Shown piece after piece: positions 25,561-38,136 of a stretch of 64,000 nt of DNA. Source of the DNA: the human T2T-CHM13v2.0 reference genome, Homo sapiens; NCBI RefSeq assembly GCF_009914755.1, contig NC_060926.1. One strand, 5' to 3'. The translations under genes and the position numbers were made by a program. Each line of letters starts with the position of its first letter. The first letter of the stretch is position 1. The notes under the pieces were generated by a model, which worked only from the letters and a program-made list of their open reading frames with translations, was not told the origin of the DNA and did not search any database.

Positions 25561-25689
25561 GATAGCTTAGAGAGCTATGAGGAACAAAGGAATCTTTGAA
25601 AGGGAGCAGGTTCAGTAGGGGGAGTAGGATTTCAGGCTTTCGCATTGGATCACTTGCATTTGAATTCCAGCTTCATCTCTTGCTTGCAT

Positions 25690-25853
25690 TAGGGGCAAAT
25701 CCAATTCTTATGGGGCCTAGGACTTAGACAATTTTAGAAACCCTCTTTAAGATAGAGAATATAAAGTTAGGTACAGAGTCTTGGAAGGGGGCTTATGCAA
25801 ATAAGGGCCTCAGAAGCTTAAACTTTATTAATTTCTCAGTAAGTTCACCTCTG
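25690..25853 (-). mobile_element. MER53-like hAT MITE inserted in a MIR
   Basis: AGGGGCAAATCC...GGGGCC...CCCTCTTTAAGA...AGAAGCTTAAACTTTATT...CACCTCTG with imperfect TIRs. Confidence 0.7.
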
Positions 25854-28730
25854 TTTGCCATTGAGCTAAGGAAATTACTATATCTGAGCCTGTTTTCTCA
25901 ATGATACAATGGAGACAATTATTTTAAATCACAGGGTTGTTGAAAGGATTAAATGATCACTACCAAGCTCTCCCACCTGTCTATTATTATTGCTACCTTT
26001 ATTATTATTGTCACCATCATTATTATTCAGCCCTTTCATTTTACAGATGATAAAACAGGCAAAAAACTATTATATGACTTGCCTTACATCATACAACCAG
26101 TGAGCTGGGAGGTTGGGCCAGAGTCACCCCTCCTGCCTCCTGGTCTACACTCTTTCCATGGCTCCACAGAGACAGCTTTTTGTACCCCTTTCCCGGTGTT
26201 CACATCCCTGAAGAGGATGTTGGAATAGTATCATAATCTTCACCTATAATATTTACTCTATAGCTACTAAAAAATGAAAGAGGTCTAAAAAGCAGAGTTA
26301 ATTTGGTTGAATTTAAGCTTCTTTTTTATTTTTATATACATTGAATGGGGATAAGGTCAATGAAATATAAAGCCATAATCATTAAATACACATTCTCATC
26401 ATTTGTGGAAATTTCCAATTGGAAAGCTTAGCTTCCATCTTCATTTGGAGGAAATGATGACTTGGAAACAAAGATGTTTCTATGTTATCTCATTGCGAGT
26501 GATTCCCAAGGTCCCATTTGTGAATTCTGTTAGGGACATTAGAAGACTTTCCTGGGAAAGGTCTGAGGAGTCAGTCCCAGGGGCTCTAGTCGGCCCCTTG
26601 GAAATATGCACCAGATGACAGAACTTGGCTCTTCGTTTCTCTCGTGGCTCCAAGTACATGAAAATTTTTTCATGTTATCTTGGCTCTGGGAAAACCTGTG
26701 TCTCAGAGCTGGTTTTTAACACTTTTAAAGTACAGTTAATGTTGATTCCAATGTACCTAAACATTTTTTTCCCTATGACCCACCACATATATTTTGGCTT
26801 GCTCATCAGGGCTTGGCAATCCAAATATGACTGGTGTTAGACCCAAAGATGCTAGTCCTTGAAATTAGTACAGTGGAGAATAAATAATATTTGACTCAGG
26901 CTTTAAATCTTTGGTCTGAGTCTGAAGGGAAAAAATACAACCCTGTAATAAACATTTTTCTAATTTCTTTCATTTTCAAATATGGCACCACTATAGAATT
27001 TTTGTGAAACCATCAAAACAAACCATGTAGCAATCTAATAGAATCTATACATGTGTATGGTGTAGACCAGCATGGGGCTTTCTGACTCTGCTACTGACAA
27101 CAATAAGCATGGGTAAATTGTTTAACCTGTAATTCTTACTTATGTACAAATAATAACATGAGGTTTTTGAAGTTTCTAGAGGAAAAAATGTCACTTATCA
27201 ATAAGATGGTTATGAATACTTTATGGTTGTTGTTATTATTGTTATTAATATACCTATCAGAAATAATGTTTTGTGGCTAGAAAACCAGTGCTAATGTTTG
27301 CCTGCAGGATCTTCATGCCGACACTCCTGGTTCATCCATCTACCAGATCTGCTAATTGTTAAACAGGCATGAACATATAATAAAACAGAACAATTATTAG
27401 AACTAAGGGGACAGCCAAGCACATTTGTCAAGGAGCCTGTCCATTCTCTTTTTCATCCTTCAAGGTGGGCAGTGGAGAGGCTGGTGGGCTATTCCTCTGA
27501 GCTCTGCCCCTTTGCCTGGCCTCCTGACTGCAGGCCCTCTGCTCTGCTGGTTTCTGGCAACCATACCTTTACCCTGCAGTTTCAGTCTCACATCTCTATT
27601 GGCACTGAGTCCTCCACATTCCAGTTTTTCAATCTTATTAGAGATGTCTATTGGCATCAGGGCTCAACTCATCTGTCCTATTGTTTTAATACCTTGCAAT
27701 TGCTTGAGTTAAGAGAGTTATAAAAGTTATAAAAGTTTAAATTCCTAGTAGACACGAAGATGAAAACACCTGATTGTGAGGACTACCAGTCTTTTCTTCA
27801 TAAACTTGTTCGTATAAAATCAAAAGATATGAAAAACGATCTCTTGGTCAGTAAAACATCAACGCAACTTTTTATATGTACATGGATCCAAATATTATCT
27901 TCTACGGAGGCTCCTCATTTAACGTCCATCACCATGTTAGTCTGTATGCTGATATTTGCTAGCAAAGGATTGTTTACTTCTTAATGTTTCTAAGCAGAAT
28001 AGTGGGTCCAGCAGCAGTATTTTCTCAGAACTGGATTTGGGACAGTGATTCTCAGCCATATCATTCATTCAACAAATGTGAGCTAGGCACTGTTCTGGGT
28101 GCTTGGGATAAATCAGTTAACAAGACAGACCCTTCCCCCACCAAAAATTTCCTGCCCTTATGGTACTTATTTTCCATGTAACATACATATATAAAAATAC
28201 AGGTGGATTTCTACACTACAAATATTTCAGTGTTTTGCTTTTGGGATGCAGCAGTTTGTGTTGCATAGGAAGTAGAGTTCCTCCCAAGAAAGTGAACATT
28301 ATGTTGCAGGCTAGCTTTTCAAACAGGATTGGTTTTGGCAGGCTTCTCTTGAAATATGAGTGTGAGATAACTTCCATGCTTCTACAGAATACCAGTATGA
28401 CACGCCTTTCATCTCTAGCAGGGTTGTGCTACTGGTGGAGAAATGCTACAGTCCCAGTGCAGGTTTGCATAAGCAAGATGTAGTCAGTGTTAGCTAGAGT
28501 CACCATGCAGGGCTTTCATTTATTTTTCTTTTGACAAGACGGAGTTCAAAAACAGCTTAAAAAAGTTCACTGTCACATTTCTACAAGTACTAACCACTGT
28601 GTCATTATTTTCAGTGGTAAGTATGAAAAGTTCAGGAGTAGACTTTAGACAAAACATAGAGAATTGATTGTCATTGCTTAGGAGAATTGGAAAGTAAATA
28701 ATTACGCTTGAATTAAAAGAAAACTATTAT

Positions 28731-28734
<4 letters not shown>

Positions 28735-28770
<36 letters not shown>
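28735..28770 (+). repeat. (CA)18 microsatellite
   Basis: Uninterrupted CA repeat read directly. Confidence 0.97.
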
Positions 28771-28773
<3 letters not shown>

Positions 28774-29569
28774 CATGCTGATCCATGTCCTTTGTGTGTG
28801 CATATTTTAGGAACAGAGGAAACGTGAGTTGTGAGTGGGGGAAAATGTAAGGTATCCCCTCGCTTGAGAACCAGTAATCTTTTAGATGCCTCATAAATGC
28901 ACAAGATGGTCCCTGGGCTGGATTTTTAAATTTCCGAATTAGCTGAAACAGTTGTAAAATCACAGGGAGCCAGACAGTTTACAATCAACTGCAAATCAAA
29001 GGAGGCTCCTCTATGTTGTTTGTTCTAGCAGGCACAGGGAATGTATTGAACTTGCGAAATGTGCTTTTCATATCCCTGTGATTACAACCTCCTACCTTTC
29101 CAACCCTCATTTTTCTCTTCTTACCCCAGAATCAGACAGAGTTAAAATCTTCAGCACCAGGAGCATCTAGGAGGCGGCTTTCAAGACAGGCTGTGATGGC
29201 TCATTGAGTGCACCTGGTCTGTGTTCCTAGTTAGATCCTACACATACCCAGTCCTGACATCAGAGCTGATTTCTGTCAGCTCTAATGTGCCTGAAAAATT
29301 TCTTTCAAGGCAGTTTCCTCTTCTAACACATCCCCGGGGAATTTCCCCTAGGGGGTGTGAGGCAACATTAGATTGTGACTATGATAAGATATTCCTGTGT
29401 TGGAAGAGTTTTGTATGAAAAGCAGCACATTACATCTGTTGTTTTCTTTATATAGGGTATATTTCACACTGAATGATACTGGAACACAACCCAGAACTCT
29501 GTCTTGACTCCCCTGCAGTCTTGTACTTCCTCCTCCTCAATGACGGCAGATCCCGAAACACTTAGTGAC

Positions 29570-30160
29570 ATATGGTAGCCTATCTGTGAAGTATGCTGAA
29601 TAGTACATTTGCTTTCTGACTCTGGAGTATTGTGTTTCATTTTGGGCATCATATTTTTTAAAGGAGTATTGACAAACTGGAACTCAGCCACCAGAAATCT
29701 TTTTGGAACAAGGTAGAAAAACGTAACTACATTCATGTCTGCATAACTAGTACCTGTATAGAAAAGAGCTATACAAAATGGCGAAGAGTCCGCAAAGTGC
29801 CATAAGAAACCATTGAAAGAAACTGGAGATGTTCAGCCTAGAGGGATCAATTATTATTATTATCGTTATTATTTTTTGGAGGAGGGTAGTGGCCATGATT
29901 CAAACTTTGGAAAGGCTGTCATGTGAAAATGCAAATGATTATTTTTCTTTTTCCATGCAGTTCCAGTCAGCAGAACTAGAATCAATATGTAGGATTCATG
30001 GGTAAACAGATTTTTATTCTATATAAGGACGGTCATTCTGCTTATTAGTTGTACAATGATGGAATGTATGTCTGCAAGCAAAAGCTACAAGATCTTATGG
30101 AGAAAATTCCTGCACTGAGTAAGTAGTTGAGCCAGACCTGTAAAGATTCCGTGTAATTCA
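29570..30160 (+). mobile_element. L3/CR1 LINE 3' fragment
   Basis: GGAGTATTGTGTTTCATTTTGGGCATC...GACAAACTGGAAC...GAACTGGAGATGTTCAGCCTAGAG...GGCTGTCATGTG motifs. Confidence 0.65.
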
Positions 30161-30479
30161 AATATTCTATAATTTTCTGAATCAGGAGTTTCTTGTTCTA
30201 TTTTCATTTTGACAGAGGACGGACAAAGGCTTGAAAGTCTATTTCTTTCTTCCTACATTCCTTAGTAAGATAATCGAACCAATTACATGGCTGTAATGAA
30301 GTTGGTCTTATGTCCTTTATTTTTATTTTTTAGTTGTTTTCTCTGTTTGAGTACATAATCCTATATGAAGGAAAACTTACAACATCAACCAGTTATCCAT
30401 GGCTCCTCATTATTGCCTGACCAACGTTCTAAAAATCCGAACTGAGCTTGGCCATCTTGTTACCTTCTTGTTTGCAGAG

Positions 30480-30720
30480 CTAACCTGTGGATTTTCCTAC
30501 CTAGTATACATTCCCGTAACCTCTGGTAACAGCACCCTCATTTTTCTTTGGGAGACCCCTGCAGGCTGTTTTGATGCTTCCTCGGATAAAGAATCTTGGC
30601 CTCTCCCAGGCTAACGGATGAGAACTGACTGATGCTTGGCCAAGTGTCTCTTTCTTTGAATTTGAATGTTGAGTGCTATGACACAGGACAAAGAAAAGTT
30701 GGAGCTAATTGTTTCACTAC
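30480..30720 (+). mobile_element. Old MLT1 (K/L-like) fragment
   Basis: CTGGTAACAGCACCCTCATTTTTCTTTGGGAGACC motif. Confidence 0.45.
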
Positions 30721-32244
30721 AGCTCCAAGAAGGGAATGCCCTTCAGTTCTTGTTTCCTAGGTTCACATGCAGATGGCAAATAGATCTCACAAGTTGTGTA
30801 TGTTTGTTATGTAGCCATATTGCTTGATTGTTAGATGAGGAACTTGTGTCAAGATTTGGAATGTGTGACCTTGTATGTTTTCAGTGAGAAGGGAAAATGA
30901 TACATATGTGGTGTGTACAATTAACCATCTTTTGGAAAGAGATTTCCATGGGTTCATTTAACTCGAGGCCTAAGGGTGTGAGAATTCCTGCTTCCTGAAG
31001 TGTTGGAAAGTTAAGGTCAAATGCTGGGTGCGTTTCAAGTTCTGAGACAATACCAGCCGATTTCAAAGCTGGTGTTTGTGTGTGCGTGCATATGTGTGTG
31101 TACAGAACTGGGGAGGAAAAGCAGCCTCTAAAACTTTGCTTTGAAAGATGCCAAAACACTGAGCCACATATTTGTGCGAGAAAGATCTGTGTGTTTGGAT
31201 GAAACCTGCCTCTTTTGTAAACACAAGGCACAGAGAGGCCTGCCTCCTCTTGCCCTGCTTTTGAACTTTTGTTCACATTAGCAGTTTCCCTCACCTTGGC
31301 TCTTGAACTTCCCTTTGTAGTGAAATTCACAAGTACTGTGAACTGGCAAGAAACTGTTGGAAAGAAAGGGTGTGCTGCACTAGATTGCATTTTTTCCTGA
31401 ACACTCTGAAATATCAGGAAGTATGGAACATGAGTCATCACTTTCTGTTGGAAACTTCATGACCTTTACAGAGTAGGTCAAATTCCTCCCAAGCTGTGCT
31501 TCTTCACACCCCAGTGCATGACAGTAAAAGGGCAAATCCGAGGGAGGCAGAAGCATATTCATATTTTTTCTTGCAATCTGTTACACATTATCGTTTTTTG
31601 ACATACTTTGCTTCACATGACAGTACTAATGGTGGAAACTGAGGTCAAGTGTGAGAGAAACTTGCCTGGTCTACCTGGTGTGACTGTTCAAAAACTCAGT
31701 TTGGATAAACCCAGAGCCTGCTAGGATTAGGACAGTGTTGAAGGGGAGAGCATTCCACTGAGGACTTGGGGAAATAACTGAGTAAAAGGAGAAATCCCTG
31801 AGGGAAGAAGGCCACATTCCAAACTGTGAATCCCAGCCACCTTGCAAACTAGCATTTGATATTATGTACCAGGACAAAAATAGGCAAAAGTACTGCAACA
31901 GTGTTCTGGCCAGGTGCCCCTTTGTAGAGGGTTATACAGTTCTACAACTCTGCCCTCAGGCATCACCGTTTTGACCAAGGATATCAATAGAGAAGAACCT
32001 GAATTATGAAGAAAAGTTTATGTTGCATACATTATACACTTAAGAATCCAGGAATTGAGAGTGTGGTGTAAGGGAGCAGGCTGGGAAAGGTCACTGGAAA
32101 ATCAACAACTTTTTGAGTTGAAGTACTCAGCCATTTGAAGACCTTGGTCATGGAAGAACCTAGCTGTGTCAACACCCTTTTTAATTCTATTGGAATATTT
32201 CATCTTCCTAAAATCATTCAGAAACAAGAAAGTCTACACAGTAA

Positions 32245-32548
<304 letters not shown>

Positions 32549-32585
32549 GTAGTAAATTTTTCTTATCTAAAACGAATACTTTTAA

Positions 32586-32921
<336 letters not shown>

Positions 32922-35900
32922 TTAACAAATTTTAATACTAATCTTTCTACATGAATTACACATTTTGCTTTCATAAAAGATTTAGTTAAGATAATGTAGC
33001 ATTTTCATTTTTCTATTTACTGTCAGATGCTTGGCTGTCACTTCTCATGGCTGCCACTATCTCTAATAGACTTTCTTCTGCTGTTTAATCTGCTGCTTTT
33101 CAATGGCCATGGCTAAAAATCCAACATGGCTAACTTTAGAAATTTATTTATATTGATAATATATGTCTTTGAACGGGGCAGAAGAACCTCTCTTGTCAAT
33201 TTCCTGAACTTTAGTGAATGAGTTTGGTGACATGTGTTTCGCCTTCTTGGAGACCTTTAACCACATTTCATGGGTTTTTTTGTGTGTCCATCTTTGGTTC
33301 TCAGTGGGGTCCTAGACATTTGAAGTTGCCATATAAGTGATCCTCAGATAAGTATGAATTCATTGGACTGACTGCTCTTCAATGGTTAGAAAAAGAATCA
33401 AGCATATCTATGGCTGAGTTGGGAGTTGAAGTCAGCTGCAGCGTAGCTGGCAAAGTCATTAAAATGCAACAGCTTAATGGCTACTCACATGCTGACTTTC
33501 TGTGCAAGTGCAAAGGAGTCTTTCATGGTTAAGGTAGCTGTGTCAACATGAGGAGGGGCTGCAGGCAGCTCGTAAAGGTGTTGCTCACTGGGGATAGGCA
33601 GGAAGTGCAGTGTTTAGATGTAAACAGACAAGACAGAGAGGAGCCTTCTGCAGAGGGAGATGAGGACTCTGACTATGACCAACGGGTGGCGCTCTGAGCT
33701 GCTAATTGAGTCAGCCGTAAATCTGTGAATGACCTGTTCTTTGCAACTGTATTTATCAAGAAGTCAAGCGTCCTGTAAAATTTAGAGCATCTTGGAGGTG
33801 GGAGGAAGTATCCCTCTTACCTTGACCCCTACTTTTTTTTATCTTCTTTACATTTCCAGTGGAAACCCCACTTTTATTTTAGAATAAGAAAATTAAGCTG
33901 AGAACATGAGTCTGTGCTCTTGGATGAGGGGTCACCTAGAGTCTGTGACTCCAAAGCCGATATTTTTCCTATATGATAATGCTTTCAAATGTAAAATGTG
34001 TCTACAACCAAAGGTTTTCCACTAGAAGCAAAACTATCGCTAGTTTATGTATGTGAAAATCCTGATGTATTAGGTGATTTTTCACATTCAAGCAAAAGAT
34101 GGCAGTTGATCGTCTATGGTATAATGGCCAAATGATTCAGAAAAGTTGTTTTTATCTTTTTTATCTATCAGTAGATGGCAGGAGATACCATCAAATCAAG
34201 CTATAAAAAGGGACACGAATGATGAAATTCAGTCATTGTTTCTTGTATTACCTAAAAAAAATTAGTATCCAGGGTAGTCAGTGTGCTGTTATGTGGGCAC
34301 CCAGGGAGAGAGCATTTTTGAATATGGATTGGAGTTCAGTTATTAGCTTCCTCATTAATATGGCAGGCTTACGGTTGATTTAAAACAATAGTCAAATGTT
34401 GGAACTAAATTTACTTTATTTTGAAGAGACACCTGGAGAAATGATTCATCACTCATGTTGCTAAGATTAATTGGGCATTATAATTGTGTTAAGTGGATTC
34501 ACACACCATGTAAGAATTCAGGAGCTTTTCCTATTTTCTTTCTGTTTTTTTTTCTCTTCAAAGAGAGAAGAGAAAAGAGTTAGGGAAATCCAGCATCATA
34601 ATGGGCTTTTTCCAAGATTAATGCAAATAAAGCACTACAGTTAAAACAATACTAACAACACACAAGAATGTTTTCAACATTCCTTAATAGACTCTGGCTC
34701 CGTGAGTTAATATTTCCATATCCAAATAAAGGTCATTTTCATCAATATTAAACTTGCTTTTACATATTAGTTTTTCTGAAGTATAGAGTTCTCTGAGCAG
34801 TACTGACCACATGTTCCCTAATTTAGAGATTACAGAGAGGTGGAGTACCTGTGGAATTTTCAAGAGTTGAAATTTGCAGTCTTTGAGTGTGTGGTTCTCT
34901 TTTTATCCACTTGTCACCACTTAATAATGATATGATTCTTCTCTTTGGTACAAAGCATTTGAATCAGCTACTTTTTTTTAACTTATTTGAATTTTATATT
35001 TTGGAGAATTTTTTAGAAAAAAATCAGTCTATGTATATTTTTTCTTTTAGACAACAACTTAACTAAAAAGCATCTCTGGGGTAGCAAGAGCATTTACATG
35101 GGAATCAAGTTGAACATCAATCTTGGTTAATGCCAAGTTGGAGATCATAATAGGCATGACCCAGTGGCTCCCCAAGTGGAGGCTGTGTGCTGCAGAAAGT
35201 ATTTAGCTCCTGAAAACAGAGATGGAACTGGGTTTGCTTGCAAGTGGACCCTTCCACTTTTCCTTATAAATTTCTCCACTAGAGAAAATTTTCACTCAAA
35301 AGCACATCATTTTTTCCCTCTTTAAAAAAATCCAAACTGTGGCTAGTACTAAAATATCCTATCAAAGAATACAAAAAAAAAAAAAAAAACCTCCCCAGTC
35401 TACGTGCTATGCCGTATGAAATTTCTACATTTGACAATCAACCTGTTACTGAGCTTAGCACTGTGCTGTTGTACTATTGGATGAAGATGCTCTTTTGAGT
35501 CAGGGTACAGAACCTCTAGGTGTGAGAAATTAGGTAGAACCAAGCAGTTCTGCAATGGGGTTCTAGGGTAGCTTGAATATTCTTGTTACAGTGGTTTTGT
35601 CATTTATTGTAAGCTATAAATTTACTACTCTTTATTTAATTTATTGTTCAGTAACATCCTGTTATACTCTGAAGTGACCATGAATTACATGGTCACTCTA
35701 TTCACAGGTTGCCTGCTTCTACCCACTTCCCTTTGAAGAGAATTCACTTTCCTGTTTTGTGTACCAGTATCTACTGAGCTCAATTGCTAAGGGTGAAAGT
35801 TCATATTCTCCCCTATCTAAACTTGTTTTTATTAAAATTTGTGTAAATTCGTTCACATAGTAAATTATAAATGATTGATAAAGCTTAAGTCCTATCCCTC

Positions 35901-35982
35901 CTGAATGTATGTACATATTAATAGAAAACAAACTTTTAAAGGTGGCTAAATACATCTCACCTCTCATATAACTGTCAAGCAT

Positions 35983-36705
35983 TGTAAAGGGTTTGAGACT
36001 TTGTTGTACTTGCAAGCTAACTAGTTGGCTTTCCATAGTTTCATGGATGCTGGAAGAAGATAAGAGGCTTCTGGGTCAGAAATAGAGGACAATGTATTAC
36101 TCAAAGCAATTCTAGTAGCCAGATATTCATTGTTTCAATTCTCACAAGGTGTTTCAAAGAGGGCCAGGTGACACCAGCACATGCAGTGGGTTGTATTACA
36201 ACAGGGTAATCCAGAAACTTAGTGAACCGGAATCTATTATAATGGGCAGCAAGCATGTATACCCTTTGTTTTCAAGAGAGACACTATATATTCCAAGACT
36301 GTTCACAAAGCAAACATACTAGGTAAGATAATTGAGAATAAAGGCTGGGTGTGGTGGCTTATGCCTGTAATCCCAGCACTTTGAGAGGCTGAGGCAGGCG
36401 GATCACTTGAGCTCAGATGTTCAAAACCAGCCTGGGCAATGTGGCAAAACCCTGTCTCTACCAAAGATACAGAAAAAATTAGTTGGGCAAGGCGGCATGT
36501 GCCTGTGGTCCCAGACACTCAGGAGGCTGAGGCAGGAGGCTCACCTGAGCTGGTGGCAGAGGTTGCAGTGTGGAGAGATTGTACCACTGCACTCCAGGCT
36601 GGATGACAGTGAGACTCCATACCCCTCTGCCCCCCCACCACCCCCAACAAAGAGAATAAAGACATGCAGACACAAGAGAGATCTGTAGAGATTTTTCCCC
36701 CAACA
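35983..36705 (-). mobile_element. ERVL-class solo LTR (MER73/MER74/LTR53-like group), interrupted by an Alu
   Basis: TGTAAAGGG...TTGCAAGCTAACTAGTTGGC...GTTTCATGGATGCTGGAAGAAGA...CTGGGTCAGA motif and TG...CA ends. Subfamily uncertain. Confidence 0.6.
36343..36651 (+). mobile_element. Alu (AluJ-like) inserted in an ERVL LTR
   Basis: Alu consensus with perfect 9-nt TSD GAGAATAAA (36334-36342 / 36652-36660). The tail is C-rich rather than A-rich. Confidence 0.92.
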
Positions 36706-36899
36706 ACAATTGCAAATCAATAAGAAGACTAGGATAGATCATTGTGGGAATTTGTTTTTGGCAAATTTAAAGTCATACTAAAGTCAAATGTCTACTTTGC
36801 TTATGCATGAGTCTGACTTGTTTTTAAAGTTATTCCAGAAAGTAAGTCTTCCTACTTAAAGTATGTTTTTATCAATAAATACATAACTAAGATCTTATT

Positions 36900-37750
36900 T
36901 TTCCCTGACAATGATAGTAATATTATCATACATGGTCATTATAGAAAATGCTGAGAAGTATAAAGAAAAATATAGAAATCACTTATAATTTCATTACTCA
37001 AGAGGTAATAGCTATTAATATATTGGCTTTTAATGCCTCTATATGTATATTTTTAATATACATAACTGAGATTATGTGATGTACTATGTAGTATCATGAT
37101 AGTTTTGTTTTTTTACATACTAAAAACATTGCTTCAAGTCATGATTTTGAAATTTGAAAACATTACTTGTCTCATTTGTGATTTTAAAAATAATTGCATA
37201 ATATTCTATCGTGAATATAACCATTTTCAAAACAATTTTTTCAGTGTTAGAAAATTTGCTACCAAATACTATTATGATGAATATTCTGGTACATAAATGC
37301 TTCTTAGTGCCTTTGGTTAGATTCCTATGGGAAGAATTATTGGGTTAAGTGTCTAATTTTATTATAAGTTCTTTATCTTTATTGCCTGATCACTTTCAAG
37401 AAAGATCACATCAGTTATACACATGGCACAATATTTATGACCACTTTTTTCCCCAACATTTTCATCACAATTGAATATTTTAATTAAAAAAACTTTCAAT
37501 AGATATTTTTTAAAATATATTTTTTCAACTTATGATTTCTTAGATTATTAGTGAGGAGAAAATATTTTCTTCTGTTAGTTGGTCACTTGTATTTGTTGTT
37601 GTGTAAAATATCTGTTCATGTTCTTTGCACATCTTCTGGTAATGTTTTAGTATTTTTCTTAATAAGGGAAAGCTTTCCGATAACATTACATGTAACATTT
37701 TGTGTACTAGAATTTTGTGCGCTATTTCTCCAATATATTATTTATTATTA
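36900..37750 (-). mobile_element. Old L1M fragment
   Basis: Degenerate L1 3' motifs (GCATAATATTCTATC, ATTCCTATGGGAAGAATTATTGGGTT, TCTGTTCATGTTCTTTGCACAT); very AT-rich. Confidence 0.55.
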
Positions 37751-37793
37751 AATTATACTAATGTTATTTTTTGGTGTTTTGAACTTGAAAATT

Positions 37794-37919
37794 GGCCAGG
37801 CATGGTGGCTCATACCTGTAGACCTAATAATTTGGGAGGCCAAGGTGGGAGGATCACTTGAGTTCAGGAGTCCAAAACCAGCCTGGGCAATATGGTGAGA
37901 CCCCATCTCAAAAAAAAAA
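37794..37919 (+). mobile_element. Free left Alu monomer (FLAM-like)
   Basis: Single monomer GGCCAGGCATGGTGGCTC...GAGACCCCATCTC ending directly in poly(A). Confidence 0.85.
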
Positions 37920-37985
37920 TTATCTAGTAAAATAATTAACCATTATTCATATGCTTTCTTCTACTGCTTAGAAATTCTTGTCCAC

Positions 37986-38136
37986 CATGGTGGCAGGTGC
38001 CTGTAATCCCAGCTACTTAGGAGGCTGAGGCAGGAGAATCTCTTGAGGCAGAGGTTGCAGTGGCCTGAGATCACGCCATTGCACTCTGGCCTGGGAGAGC
38101 AATACTTCATCTCAAAAAAAAAAAAAAAAAAAAGAA
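37986..38136 (+). mobile_element. 5'-truncated Alu (right arm only)
   Basis: Right-arm sequence with a long A tail. 16-nt TSD AGAAATTCTTG(T/C)CCAC (37970-37985 / 38137-38152), preceded by TT (L1 endonuclease TT|AGAA site). Confidence 0.92.

Noticed and set aside
30881-31441. 186-aa minus-strand ORF in unique DNA
   Set aside because: No recognisable domain, includes (CA)-type low-complexity translation, and has no promoter or splice support; a chance ORF is sufficient.
35673-35697. Perfect hairpin AGTGACCATG-AATTA-CATGGTCACT
   Set aside because: A 10-bp stem with a short loop is expected roughly once by chance in 64 kb, and it is too short for a pre-miRNA.
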